Assembly: GCA_034226945.1 (NCBI GenBank)
Contig: CP120461.1
Coordinates: 1 to 64,000 of the forward strand
From: Picochlorum sp. SENEW3
Lineage: Eukaryota
Reading direction: 5' to 3'
Length of the DNA stretch: 64,000 nt
Part shown: positions 36,155 to 48,671 of the stretch, in pieces
How the letters are laid out: every line of letters begins with the position of its first letter
How positions within the stretch are numbered: the first letter of the stretch is position 1
Notes under the pieces: model-generated
The model's input: the letters and a program-made list of their open reading frames with translations, nothing else
What the model was told of the DNA's origin: nothing
Database searches by the model: none
Translations under genes and position numbers: made by a program

Positions 36155-38565
36155 ATGGGCGATTTCAACCCCCAATTCTCGTTTGATATCAGAGATGAGT
36201 CAGTTCCTAAGCAAACACCATGGGATTTCTCAGGTGCGGTGACAAAGTGGTCATGCCATGCATGGCGCTGTTTTGAAAGGACGCGTTTGAAGCGGATAGA
36301 AGAAAAAGGTTCGGACTTACTGTTAACATACTTTGATATTGCCATGTAGACGCTCTTAAGGATGCGGTAGAATCCACTGGGACGAGCATTGACTACAAAA
36401 TAAGTGCTCAGAAGACTGCAAGGACGGCAAGAAGGAACAGAGATACAGGCGAAGAAGAACTAAGCAGTGAAGAAGAACTTCTCCCTGGTGAGGAAGATCT
36501 CGAAGAGGCAGAATCTGATGAATCTGGCGACGAGGAACCATCATCTGACGATGGTGATGATGATGAACCATCCAGTGCTGGTGGTCATCCCGTGGAACCA
36601 GAGCAAACGAAAAAGGCGCATTCTGCATCTGAGAGGGATAAAAGGAAGAGCAAAACTAGCGAAGAGAAGCAAGGGTATTTTGGTTCAGCACCCAAGAACA
36701 CGAAATTTTCAGCCTCCAGCTTTGGGGACTTGAATTTGTCAAGACCTCTCATTCGAGCATGCTCGGCGCTTGGGTATTCGAAGCCAACTCCAATTCAGGC
36801 AGCATGTATCCCACTTGCTCTAACAGGAAGAGATATATGTGGCAGCGCCATCACGGGGTCCGGGAAAACAGCAGCATTCAGCTTACCCTTGCTGGAGAGG
36901 TTGCTGTACAGAGACAAGAGAGTTTCTGCCACGTATGTCTTGATTCTTGTGCCAGCAAGAGAGCTTGCTGTCCAAGTTCACTCTATGATTGAACGACTTG
37001 CACAGTTTACAGACATACGGGCTGCCCTAGTCGTTGGTGGACTCTCAGTAAATGCCCAAGCAGCAGCACTCCGCACTGGGCCTGAGATCGTAGTTGGAAC
37101 ACCAGGGCGCGTGATTGACCATCTGAGGAACAGCCAGGGGTTTGGACTAGAAGATATAGCGACACTTGTTCTTGATGAGGCTGACAGACTTCTCGAGATG
37201 GGATTTAAGGAAGAGATTCACGAGATTGTGAAAATGGCACCAGAGAAACGGCAGACTCTACTCTTCTCCGCCACAATGACCGAGCAGGTCAAAGATTTGA
37301 TAAAATTATCTTTGAGGCATCCTGTGCGGTTAGCGGCGGATGAGACCTCTGCCGCACCCAAGGCACTGACGCAGGAAGTTTTGAGGCTGAAAGGCAAGGC
37401 ATCAGTTAAAAAGGAGGCAACACTACTGGCCCTCGTAGCACGAGGATTTAGGACGTCAGGAAGGGCTATTATATTTTTCTCAACAAAGCAGAAAGCCCAC
37501 AGGGCAAAAATTCTATTTGGCTTGGCGGATCTCCCGCTCGCAGTGGAGCTACATGGAGACATGACCCAGGCTGCAAGGTTGCAAAGTTTGGAGGACTTCA
37601 GGACAGGAAAAGCGGGTTTCTTGCTTGCAACAGATGTAGCTGCGCGTGGTTTGGATATATTAGGCGTAGAAACTGTCATTAATTTCGATGCACCGAGAAA
37701 CTTGACAGGGTATTTGCACAGGATTGGAAGGACAGCAAGAGCAGGGACATCAGGGCGCAGCATCACTTTTATAGAGGATGGCGATCGCTCCCTCCTGAAG
37801 GAAGTGATCAAAAAAGGAAAAATTGAGCTCTTATCTCGCAAAGTACCCCCTGCAGCTATACACGCATGGCAGACCAAGCTGGAAAGCTTTGAGAGGGACG
37901 TCATTCAGATTCTGAAATCGGAGAGGGAAGAGAAGGAGCTTAGGAAGGCAGAGATGGAGGCACAGAAGGCGACGAATATGATTGACCATCGGGTTGAAAT
38001 ATTCTCGCGCCCTGCTAGAACGTGGTTTCAAACGAAGGGCGAGAAAATGGCAGTTGCCAACGAAGCCAAGAAGGCAGCTCTAGGCTTGCTCGAGGAGAGC
38101 AGTGCAGGCAAAGAGGACTCAAAGGCCGCAAAAGCCGCCGCCAAAAGCAAAAAGCGGTTGGAGAAAAAGCAGGCTGCCAAAGAAGCGGAAGAGAGAGAAA
38201 AGAAATCGGGCAAGAGCGACGCGTTGCAGGAAGAGACCAAGGAAATGGCCAAGAGAGTCAGGCAGCTGAAAGCAAAGGAGCAGGAACTGAGGGAGAGTGG
38301 CATCTCTGCGGCAAAGGCCGGTAGGATAGCAGCAGCGAGCCTTTCTGCAGGTACGAAGAAGAAGAAGCGGAAGAGAGATCTCTTCTCTGATGGCTCTGAA
38401 CCCGTGCTCGCCGAACGAACAAACAGCAAAGTCTACCCCGGTGGCGCCAAAACCAGTCAACTATCCAACACCTCGCGAGGTGGGTTGCCCCTCTTGAACA
38501 AAATCAAAAGGGGTGGTAAAGGCAAGAATGCATTTAAATCCAAGTCAAGACATAAAAGAAGATAA
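36155..38565 (+). CDS. DDX27: DEAD-box RNA helicase DDX27/Drs1
   Basis: PTPIQAACIP, TGSGKT, DEAD, SAT, HRIGRTARAG, SRPARTWFQT; first exon PWDFS plus intron. Confidence 0.93.
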
Positions 38566-38597
38566 ATAAAAACGATGTAAAGGAGTAGGGTGGTCCA

Positions 38598-39985
38598 ATG
38601 GTCGACATGTTCAACTGTTCAAGCGGAACACCTGGAAGAATAGCACGCACAGGCACAGGGCTCCGAAGAAGGACACGCCTTCAAAAGATAACATCAGAAA
38701 GGATCGTTCATGTATCATCAACCTCTGCAGACCAAATTCAGCTGCAACTGGTCTCGTCCATTTCAGACATTGGACAGGGGTCCTGGAACGCTTGTCTTGA
38801 GCCTGGAGCAAATCCTTTCTTGTCCTATGAGTTTTTGCATGCTTTAGAAGAGAGTAAGAGCGCCTGTGCCCGAACTGGGTGGCTCCCTCAGCATGTGTTG
38901 ATCACAGCTGCACAGGGCGACTCCTCTGAAACCCTTGCTGTATGCCCAATGTACCTCAAGGGGCATTCATACGGCGAGTACGTGTTTGATTCTGGGTGGG
39001 CACAATCATATGACTACAATGTACCGACTGGGCCACGGTACTACCCCAAGCTGCAATGCTGTGTTCCTTTCACGCCAGTCGAGGGGAACAGAATACTGTT
39101 GAACAACAATCATAGCAGGGGCCTCCACCAGGAGGATTTGTTTGTGTCCATTGCTGATACAATGATGACGCTACCTGAAAGAATGGGAGTGAGTAGTGTT
39201 CACGTGACGTTCAATTCAAAGGAAGAAAGTGATACAATGGCCAGAAGAGGTTGGATCCAACGGTGTGTGGGATTGTGTCAATGGATGCGATGATATGTGC
39301 CACTTCATTGATTTTCGGTACATTCGAATGCAGGACAGGAGTTCAATATCATTTTCAAAATCGTGGATACGACAACTTTGACGACTTTCTGATGAATCTG
39401 AAACAGAAGAAGCGAAAATCAATCAGGCAAGAGCGCAAACGAGTCCAGAACAATGTGGTGGTGAAGCAATTGACGGGAGATGACCTGAATGCTCGGGTAT
39501 GGGATAGTTTCTATTCATTTTATCTGTCAACAGTCGATAAGAGGTGGGGGACTGCGTATCTAACGAGGGAGTTTTTTGACATGATTGGGGAGTCGATGAG
39601 GGACCGGATACTTCTGGTGTGCGCCTACGAGAATCAGACAGATGAGACCCCTATTGCTGCTGCACTGAACCTCATTGGGAACGACACACTGTTTGGTAGG
39701 AACTGGGGCTGCCTTCCAGGTCTCCACATTCATGGCTTGCATTTCGAGCTCTGCTATTACCAAGCCATTGACTTTGCCATAAGAAATGGCCTTAAAACTG
39801 TCCAGGCTGGCGCTCAAGGCGAGCACAAGATCCAAAGGGGATACTTGCCATCTACGACGTACAGCAACCACTATGTGGCCAATGCGCAGTTTGCTCATGC
39901 CGTGAAAGACTTTTGCCAGAGGGAATCCAGAGAGTTGGAAGCGTACTCGGAAGCCCTCCAAGTGTACGAGTCTCCCTACAAGTGA
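38598..39985 (+). CDS. DUF482 / FemAB-like GNAT N-acetyltransferase, probably plastid-targeted
   Basis: HSYGEYVFD, YYPKL..VPFTPV, HFELCYYQAI, GAQGEHKIQRGY; one intron. Confidence 0.9.
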
Positions 39986-40080
39986 ATGAATCAATATATA
40001 TATATATATATATGTTTTTTTAATTGCTAGAATTCGATCAAAACCAGTCGACAATACATGAATTTTGACAGGTGTTGCTC

Positions 40081-41103
40081 ATGGCTGACACCAACCCCGC
40101 GAAGCGAACACACGAGGAAGTGACGGGCGATGCACCTCAGGTTCAGAAAAAAAGAAAGACGACAAAAGCAAAACGGAGGGACACGGATGCGAAGGATGAC
40201 GAGGGCAAGGCTGGAGCTCCGACTTTGTTGTACTTCGAGGAGCAGAAAGAGGCTGCCCTTTTAATGCAAGATATATCCGGTAGGCGGCGACAGAACACCA
40301 AAGCAGGTAAGGATACTATTCAGCCACAACTTTTGTCAGAGTGGAGGTTGTTTCACGAGATTGTTCGCCAGCAAAAGGACCCAGCAGGGGGGAGTGGGTT
40401 GTCAGCTCTCAGGAGGGAAGGCAAGCAGGACGCAGGGCAGAGGAAGAAAATTGCTGGGTTCGATCCCGAGGTTCTAGATATACTGCAGATGGGATCCATA
40501 ACGCACTTGAGAGATATTATGATTGGCGCATCCCGGATTGCAGCACAGCGCAGGCAGGGTGATCAGAAGCCAGAGGGTTTCACGGTTGTAGAAGATGTCC
40601 GAATCGGGCTTGGAGAAATCAGGAAGAGAGACGAAGAAGAAGCAAAAGAAATGAAGAAGAGAGAGCAAGAGATGCTCCTGAAGGAGGCAGCGAATCGAAG
40701 GGCGAACGAAGAGACCAAGGAGAAAGCCCAGAAATTAAAGGAACAAATGGCTGGGAAACAACAGGCGGTTGCGGCAAATAAGGCTCTTGCTGCGACTTTA
40801 GGCGGTGGAGATGCCAAATGGATGAAATGGGCAGCTGAAGGGACGCCAAAACCTGCTGCAACAACGGCATCCAAGGATGACATCGTGGCTGCTCCTGAGC
40901 ACCAGGATTCGCTGCCAAAGGAAGACCCGAAGACGGGCGAGTCGAAAGATGCTACGGATCCACGCATCTTGCCATCAGAAGATCTTACACGAGGGAAGAT
41001 GTTAGCAATAACAGTAGATGATATTGTCAACTATGTGGAATCCCGCCCAGAATACGCTAATAGCCCAGTGTTGTACAAATTGTTGCACTTGAAATCTATG
41101 TAA
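40081..41103 (+). CDS. TAF4-like TFIID subunit (C-terminal domain)
   Basis: HLRDIM..IAAQR, AANKALAATLGG..KW, ITVDDIV resemble the TAF4 histone-fold and C-terminal conserved region. Confidence 0.65.
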   Translation: MADTNPAKRTHEEVTGDAPQVQKKRKTTKAKRRDTDAKDDEGKAGAPTLLYFEEQKEAALLMQDISGRRRQNTKAGKDTIQPQLLSEWRLFHEIVRQQKDPAGGSGLSALRREGKQDAGQRKKIAGFDPEVLDILQMGSITHLRDIMIGASRIAAQRRQGDQKPEGFTVVEDVRIGLGEIRKRDEEEAKEMKKREQEMLLKEAANRRANEETKEKAQKLKEQMAGKQQAVAANKALAATLGGGDAKWMKWAAEGTPKPAATTASKDDIVAAPEHQDSLPKEDPKTGESKDATDPRILPSEDLTRGKMLAITVDDIVNYVESRPEYANSPVLYKLLHLKSM

Positions 41104-41114
41104 TGCCCCATTCC

Positions 41115-42781
41115 TCAGGGACTATCCTCGTATTGATACGCAGGGATCGAAAAATCTTCTGTCCCAGAATCGTTTTGCTCATGTTGCTGGTCAGCACAAT
41201 GCTTCTGTCTTTCCAATGGGGCACCACTGTCTGACTGGTGCCTGGAAAAATGTTTCTCGAGCAGATTTCGTAGGAAATCTGGCGAATCCAACTTCATTGC
41301 AGCCTCAAGGTGTCGTATGTACAATTTTGAGGCCTTTTCGATGTTCTCTCTTTTGATGCATGCCAACGTGATCTGTTCCTTTCTGGCCATCTCTGCAGTC
41401 TCCAATGCCTTGTGTCCTTGGACAACAATGTCTCTTTTCAGCCTTTCGAATTCAACCTTTTCGTGGGTAATTTTGGCAATTTCTGCTCTTGATTTCTCGG
41501 TGGCCTCCCTCAGCGACTCAAAACCTTTCTGAATTTCCTCTGCCTGCATGCTTATTTTCTCATCGAGCTGCTCCAGTTCAGTCTCCTTCTCACTAATCAA
41601 AGACTTGATCTGATCGAGTTTCTCTAGCGCCACGTCATGTGATTTTTTTAACTCAACGAGCTCGTTCTTTTTCACTTCCAGCCCAGCCTTGGAGGTTTCC
41701 AACGACTCCAATACACTGTCCCTCTGTGAAATAAGATCTTCAGTTTCCTTCCGACGAGAATCGATCTGTTCTCTCATTTCCCTCAATTCTTCTTCTTCTT
41801 TTTGCCTCATAATTTCCCATTCTTGTCTCTCTCTGCGCAACCTTTCCTCGTCCACAGCCAGCTCCTTTGTTCTTTTGTCTACCAGGAGTCTTTGTGCGTT
41901 GACCGAGTCTCCTTCCTCCTTGAGCCGCTTTTGATCCTCTCCGATTTCCTCTTTCACCGCATCAAGGTCCTTCTTAGTCTGTTGCAACCCATCTTCCATG
42001 GCTCTGAGTGTCTTTTGGTGCTGTGACACATGTTTTTCCCTGGCATCCATCTCTTTGAGCTCCTTCTGGAATTCAGTTTGGCGCATCTCCAAGCTTCGTG
42101 CGGCTCTTTGAAATTCGGTGACAAGGCGCTCGAGATCAGCCTCCTTTCTGGCATTCTCCCGCTCCTTCTGCAAGGTGACATCCCTGAGTTGCTCCATGTC
42201 ACGGCATTCTTTTCAGTCTCTTCCATCTTCAACTGGTGTGCTCCTTCTTTCTGAATCATTTGTTGCATCTTTTCCCTCATGTCATGGAGTTTTCCCACAG
42301 AGTATTGGAGCAAATTGACCGACCTTTTCAAATCATCGACGGCCTGGTTGCGCTCCTTCATGACTGAGTGAAAGACGCCTTGGAGGCTGTCAGCAAGGCC
42401 CAAGGCATTCTTCTGCGCCTCCCTCGATGTTTGAATAATCGTGTCAAATTCTTTGAGATGATCCTCAATTGAATAGTTGCTCAATTGTTGGACCGGGTCC
42501 TCGCTGCCTTCCCCTGTCCCAAGAGGACTACCATGCGGGCAGTGCTCTTCCACAGACATGTGGTGTCCCTCACTCTCCTCTTTGTCCGTCACGTCAACTA
42601 TACATTGATCTTTCACCACAGGACTAGCCATATGACTTTTGGTAATATACCTTTCGTGAACTGAGGATTCAAAATCCCGCAGGAACGTAGATAGCTGTCT
42701 CATGACCCCAAGGTGGTTGTCAGGCTCTGGAACAGACCCATCCCTTTTATTGATGGCTCCCTCATCACTTTCAGAGGACAT
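41115..42781 (-). CDS. Coiled-coil protein of unknown function (frameshift near 42220)
   Basis: Two overlapping E/K/Q-rich ORFs (41954-42850 and 41115-42197) join if one A is added to an A4 run. Confidence 0.6.
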
Positions 42782-43103
42782 TGCTCGCTTTATTCGCGTC
42801 CAAAATGGGTTTCTCGTACAATTGGATTTCCTATCTGCGCCAGAATCCATGTCACAATAGGTTTGTATCCATGGTCAATTCCAACCTAGATTTCACCGAA
42901 CCAGAGGAGTACCGCATGGGCAGCCAAGGATTCCAGCATCCTTGTCGTCGCTGTGTCCACAATACACCATACAAACCCGTCCTCTTTAATATAATCGGAA
43001 ATACTTTTTCAAATACGAGCGGTCAAGAGGACCAGTCCTATTCTTTCCATGAGGAGAGATCTCCGTAGTTTCAAACGTCAATTCACAAGATAGCGTGCAA
43101 AGG

Positions 43104-43885
43104 ATGGATCCAGCCAAGTACAATAGTCAAATGCAAAATATTGCGTATGGAGAGGCGTTTATGGCAGCTGCGGAGGATTATAAGAAGGTACGTGGATTCC
43201 CTTGCCAGCTGGTGTTCAAGGCGACGACACACCTGTTTGTTTGTTACTGCTGCAGGAAATGCTGAGGGAGAAGCGAGAGGCTGATCGCATCGGGCATGAT
43301 GCACAAAGAAGTATCGCCTTGAAGGATTTGTTTGATGACCCCGAGCTGGAAAAGTTGCACGGGGAGAGGCTTGCTAAACTTCAGGAAGAACGAGAAAGGA
43401 GGGTTGAGATGGAGCGGAAGGGGCACGGGACGTACGAGGAAATTTCGGAAGCAGAGCTCCTCGAGGTGAGCACACAGACTGATAGGGTAGTTGCTCACTT
43501 CTTTCATCCAGATTTTGATCGCTGTAAAATAATGGACAAGCATCTGTCTATTTTAGCACCAAGGTACTTTGACACCAGGTTTGTCAAGGTGTCCGTGGAA
43601 ATGGCCCCGTTCCTGGTTAAGAAGCTCAACATCAGGATGCTCCCATGTACAATATGTTTCCAGTCTGGCGTCGCAGGGGAGCGTTTGGTCGGATTCGATA
43701 GATTGGGAGGGAAGGACGACTTTGACACATCCGTCCTGGAAGGGAGGCTCCTAGAGTCCCAGGTCATCCGTCCTTCTTCGACTCTCCCGAGGACTGATCC
43801 GTCGGATATAGCCAACTCCATCCGCCAAGGATTTTACTCACAAATGAACAAGACTCAGAGCGACGAGGACTCGGATTTTGAATAG
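43104..43885 (+). CDS. Phosducin-like thioredoxin-domain protein (TXNDC9/PLP3)
   Basis: GHGTYEEI, VVAHFFHPDFDRCKIMDKHL, APFLVKKLNIRMLP; one intron. Confidence 0.92.
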
Positions 43886-43929
43886 TTGTATGAACATTCA
43901 TTGCATTATGTACATAAATATTGATTGGT

Positions 43930-45098
43930 CTATATTGATTTGACAGTCTCGAGCGGATTCGTCGGATTGTACGCAGCATGCGTCGTTTGCAGGCTCGGGT
44001 GGGCTTCCAGAGCCAATTCAACAGATCCATTATCCCAGTATCCAGGCTGCTTCGTGGCCTCTAGGTACCACTCAATGGTCTTCCGAAGTCCCTCCTCCCA
44101 AGATGTCCTCTCCTCCCATCCCAAAGCAGTCAATTTTTCATCAGAAATGTAGTACCTTTGGTCGTTGAATGCCCTGTCCCTCACAAACTCCAAGTACTGA
44201 TCAGGGTCCAATCCAAACACTCTGCAAATCTCGCTCGCAACTTCCCTGACAGTTCTTTCCTTCTTCGTTCCAATGTTGTACACTTCTCCAGGGACACCAC
44301 GGTGCAAAACCACATCAAACGCTTCCGCGACATCATCGACGTACAGATATGAACGGGTTGCCATGCCATCACCGTGAATAGGAAGTCTCCTGTTCTCAGA
44401 CGCCAACAGACTGAATTTTGGAATCATTTTTTCGGGAAACTGGTGGGGACCGTACACATTATTTCCTCTGGTTGTCACCACTGGAAGCTTGTATGATGTG
44501 TAGTACGCCATTGCCATCATTTCTGCACCTGCTTTGGCAGCAGAATATGGATTGGTGGGCTCCAGCCTGGAACTCTCGGTCAACCCATGCTCACTTCCCA
44601 GGGAGGTCTCCCCGTACACTTCATCAGTCGACACATTCACAAACTTGGTAATATTCCCGTAGTTCCTGCATGCCTCCAGCAGCACGTGGGTCCCGTACGT
44701 GTTATTGTGGGTAAAGGCAAGAGAGTTACCAAAGGAGTTGTCCACGTGCGTCTGGGCTGCGAAATGCATCACCGTATCGATCTCCTCTGTTGTTAAGACA
44801 TATGACAGTAGATCCGGGCTCTGAATATCTCCCTTGATGAACTTGAAATTGAGGTGATCCTTCACCTGCCTGAGATTGTTCAGAGTTGCACAATAGTCCA
44901 ACTTATCGAGCACGACAACCTGCACATGTGATGCGATGTAACACCAGTACACTAAAATAGCATTCAGCACAGCGAAGCACATACCTTGTAGTGTCCGTAT
45001 TTTTTCACCAACTTGATCACCACGTGACTCGCAATGAATCCCGCGCCTCCGGTTATGAGAATGTTGCGAGGTTGGTGGTCTTCTGCGTGCCCGTTCAT
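43930..45098 (-). CDS. UDP/dTDP-glucose 4,6-dehydratase (RHM N-terminal domain only)
   Basis: ILITGGAGFIASHV, HFAAQTHVDNSF, STDEVYG, YSAAKA; intron after HYK. Confidence 0.93.
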
Positions 45099-45275
45099 AA
45101 TTATGGATGGGTAGAAAATTATTTGATACGTGACCGAGGGCAGCATGTACGGAGCATAGAAGGATGCTGCCTCTCATCTTGAATCTTCCAAAGAAGGAAT
45201 CTCTCCTCAGAGCAGCAAGGCATTTCCACAGCAAGGGTAATACTTCATAGATATATCTATATATTCCAAACAAGT

Positions 45276-45962
45276 ATGCAGGACAGAACCAATAGAGTAG
45301 AGGCACACAGTGTGACAGAACTGGACGCGTTGCTGTCGTCGAGTGCAGCGTCACAGCAGCATGTTCTCCTGTTTTTCTGGGCTGGCTGGAGCGAAGCATG
45401 CCGGGATATGGAGCCAGTCTTGCAGGCGGTAGAAGTAGAATATGGTTCTGCATTAAAAGTTGTCGGCGTAGAAGCCGAGAAGGCCACGGACGTGTCCCTG
45501 CGTTATGCAGTGCAGGCGGTGCCCCTGTGCATACTTGTGTGGCAAGAGAAGGAGGTGGAGCGGGTGCAGGGAATGGACCCAATAGAGCTGCAAGATAAGC
45601 TGGCTTCCCGTCTCGGTGCCAGTCCAATAGCGGAGCAAGGCCGGGCGCAGAAGATGAGCTTGGATGAGAGGCTCGATATGCTGGTCAACCAGTCACCAGT
45701 CATGCTCTTCATGAAGGGAAGCCCTGACGCCCCTCGGTGCGGGTTCAGCCAACAGGCAGTGCAAGCTCTTCGGGACGCAGGCTGCACTGCCTTTGGCCAT
45801 TTTGATATTTTAGAGGATCAGGAGGTCAGGCAGGGGTTGAAAGAGAAGAGCCAGTGGCCCACGTATCCTCAGCTGTATGTCAAGGGAGAACTCGTCGGTG
45901 GCTGCGACATCATTCTTGAAATGAGCAAAGACGGATCTCTTGCCGAAGAAATTAACAAATAA
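45276..45962 (+). CDS. Monothiol glutaredoxin (Trx + CGFS Grx; Grx3/GRXS17 type)
   Basis: Trx-like WAGWSEAC, then PRCGFS, WPTYPQLY and GGCDI. Confidence 0.93.
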   Translation: MQDRTNRVEAHSVTELDALLSSSAASQQHVLLFFWAGWSEACRDMEPVLQAVEVEYGSALKVVGVEAEKATDVSLRYAVQAVPLCILVWQEKEVERVQGMDPIELQDKLASRLGASPIAEQGRAQKMSLDERLDMLVNQSPVMLFMKGSPDAPRCGFSQQAVQALRDAGCTAFGHFDILEDQEVRQGLKEKSQWPTYPQLYVKGELVGGCDIILEMSKDGSLAEEINK

Positions 45963-46108
45963 AGTTTCGGAGACACGTGATGACAGGACACGCAATTGTC
46001 AAAGCTTTTCATCTTTGAAACGTTATTTCGTCATCCTTGCTCTGATGTCTCCATGATGATGATGATAGTACATGGATATGTATGTTCTTACAAAAAGAAA
46101 AGAAACGA

Positions 46109-46432
46109 TCAATGGTGCCCTTCCTTCCCAAAATCTAGATGGAGCTTGGTTCCCTCCACAAAGGGAGGGTTCCTGGCAAACATGCTTCCCCCTGGTCTAT
46201 ATGGGACAATATACGGGTCGGGGTGCTCCAACTCCTTCAACCGAGCCTCTCCATGCCTCAGCAATCGCTCAATTTCATTCGTGTCCTTGACGTCCTTGTA
46301 CGCGTCAAACTCTCTGCGTAGTTTGCCAGCTTCCTCGGCAAAGACATCCCTACTGACAACCCAAGAAAGCAGCTGTTTCAGACTGGTCCTGTACAGTCCT
46401 ATTATTCTAGATTTCTGTAATGCTGTAGCCAT
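46109..46432 (-). CDS. NDUFB9: Complex I subunit B22 (LYR family)
   Basis: LYRTSLK..W..HPDPYIVPYRPGGS..RNPP. Confidence 0.92.
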   Translation of the reverse strand: MATALQKSRIIGLYRTSLKQLLSWVVSRDVFAEEAGKLRREFDAYKDVKDTNEIERLLRHGEARLKELEHPDPYIVPYRPGGSMFARNPPFVEGTKLHLDFGKEGHH

Positions 46433-46779
46433 ATCCACAGACGTGCTTCTCGCCAACGAATACGAGCGACCTATTGTAGTTCACGGACGAGTCCTGAATG
46501 GCATCACCACTGAAGAGTCCCTGTATCTTGATGGGTGTGGTCTGTAGGTTGCAGTGATATGTAAATTGAATTTAGCCCTGTAGCAACGGAGTTTCTGACC
46601 ATAGATATCGAATCAAAAGCAATGTCCGACTTGGAAATCAGTGCTGAAACCATATTAATGGCGAGGCTCGGACCGCTATGGATCCATGTGCTCCTTGGTC
46701 ACTGTGGAGCACCGTTCCTGGTAAATTATGTATTATATTTTATTTTAAACGGCATAGGAAAGGATCAGGACTAGAATAG

Positions 46780-47600
46780 ATGGTGTCAGAGGTCGTCCAG
46801 GGGTTACTCCTTGGTCTTGCCATTCTCATTGGTACGTTGTTGCGTGTTCCTGAGGTGAGGTGTTGGCATTGATGGAGATATGAGTGTTCTTTGTAGTATT
46901 CTTTTTCATTCTACCCCGTGTATGGAGAGGAAAGTCTGGAGGGGGAGGTTGGTCTCTTCTTCTTGTCGGTCCTAGCAATGCTGGCAAGACAGCCATGTTC
47001 CTCAGGCTTCGAGATGGCGACGGGTCGCGCAACAGAGAAACAGTGACATCGATGCGACCGAACGAGGGTGATGTGACGATGCGCGTCGGTGGAGTGGAGA
47101 AGAACATCCATGTGATTGACCTGCCAGGGCATCCACGCTTAGAGTCTTACTTTTTCAAAGAGGTGCCACGGGCGAAAGGTATTGTGATGGTAGTGGATTG
47201 TATGGACTTTAACTCTTCGAAAGAGGAGGTGGCACGCCACATGTATAGGTTGCTGACGAGTCCAGTGGTCCGAGGAAGGGGTGTTCCGATTCTGGTGGCA
47301 TGCAATAAATCGGATGGGGGTGCAAAAGCTCATTCGGCAGAGTTCATTAGGAAGAGACTTGAAAAAATGGTGTATGAAATGTATATGAGTGACAGGGAGA
47401 GTGGACTGGACAGCATTGGGAACGATAAGGATGAGAGAGAGCACAACATTCTCAGTGGCAAAGGAGATGGGTTCTCGTTTAGTGATCTCGCAGAGAGGCG
47501 GAAATTCCACCGCCCGTTGCATGTGAGCTTTCAAAAAGTATCTGTGAAAGAGGGTGATTTAGATGCTGTGAAGGAGTTTTTGGGTACATGTAAACTGTAA
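46780..47600 (+). CDS. SRPRB: SRP receptor beta subunit (GTPase)
   Basis: N-terminal TM, GPSNAGKT, TVTSM, DLPGHPRL, ACNKSD; one intron. Confidence 0.9.
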
Positions 47601-47602
47601 AA

Positions 47603-48595
47603 TCACAATGTTGGTGCAAGGTCATTGTCATCGAATCGCTTCTGGTCATAATACTCTGCTCGGACGGCTCTTCCTCCGAAAAACCGCCCATCTAACTCTT
47701 TCATGGCCTTTGTCGCAGCTTCTTGCTCCTCGAACTCGACAAATATCCTGACCGCACCCTCGGGTGGATAGGATGGATCTGTCACTTCGAAAATCAGCAC
47801 GCTAGACACCTGGCCATGCTTACTACATTCCGTTCCAATCTCATCATCTAATGTCTCATCAACCTCTCCAGGACCTACCACATTAGTCAGAATAATGACC
47901 TTGGAAGGGGGCCCTTTTGGAACTGTAGGGGATGCCTGCGACTTGACAATGGATGGCTCGACAATCCGTCCACTTTTGACATCTGTCTTCTCCACCGTCA
48001 AGGCCTCTGATATGCCCTGCCTGTTTTTGCCCAAGCCCTGACCCTTCTTCCATCCCATCTTCTCCAGCATTTTCTGCGCAAGGGTCATGCCTTTCTCGGG
48101 CACTAGCTCCGCTGCCACGTGTTCTCGCTCAGCAGTCTTTTGCTTCTGCTTTGCCAGGCGTTCGAGCTCTAACCTCTCGATTTCTTTCTCTTCTATCAAT
48201 CGCGCTCGTTCCTTCTCCTCTAGTATTTTCTCGTAGTTATTAGGGACGAGTGGGTCATATGGGTCCTGCACCGTGGTATTGAAGGCCAACCCACTGGGAG
48301 ACTCTATTGGGTCACTGGACAGCGCCGCATGCACCTTACGCAGAAGGGTATTGCCTGATTCAACCCGTGCAACCTTGGATTTTGAAACAGAAGACGCCTT
48401 TGCAACGGGTTGGGGCCTTCTCTTGACTGCCACCGGTGCTAGTGCTGGGTCCAACCCTGTGCGCATCACGCTTGCCCCCCAGCGCGATTTCTTACCCTCA
48501 TCAACGTTATTTTGGTCATCAGATGAACCATTTGCCGTATCGCCCTTGGCTTTGGGCAAGTCTCCGTAGAGACCTCCTCCATGTTTGGAAAACAT
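47603..48595 (-). CDS. RBM17: Splicing factor SPF45/DRT111 (G-patch + UHM)
   Basis: YDPLVPNNYE, KMLEKMGWKKGQGLG, AVRIFVEF, GRFFGGR. Confidence 0.92.
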   Translation of the reverse strand: MFSKHGGGLYGDLPKAKGDTANGSSDDQNNVDEGKKSRWGASVMRTGLDPALAPVAVKRRPQPVAKASSVSKSKVARVESGNTLLRKVHAALSSDPIESPSGLAFNTTVQDPYDPLVPNNYEKILEEKERARLIEEKEIERLELERLAKQKQKTAEREHVAAELVPEKGMTLAQKMLEKMGWKKGQGLGKNRQGISEALTVEKTDVKSGRIVEPSIVKSQASPTVPKGPPSKVIILTNVVGPGEVDETLDDEIGTECSKHGQVSSVLIFEVTDPSYPPEGAVRIFVEFEEQEAATKAMKELDGRFFGGRAVRAEYYDQKRFDDNDLAPTL

Positions 48596-48671
48596 GTCGC
48601 GCTCCCTCTGTCATTCAGCGTTCTCACATAGTATGGATCAATTCATTCATATTTATATATAGTGCAAAATA

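Noticed and set aside
45099..45627. Long N-terminal extension of the 565-aa dehydratase ORF
   Set aside because: It is the antisense of the glutaredoxin gene; the real first exon is in another frame starting at 45098.
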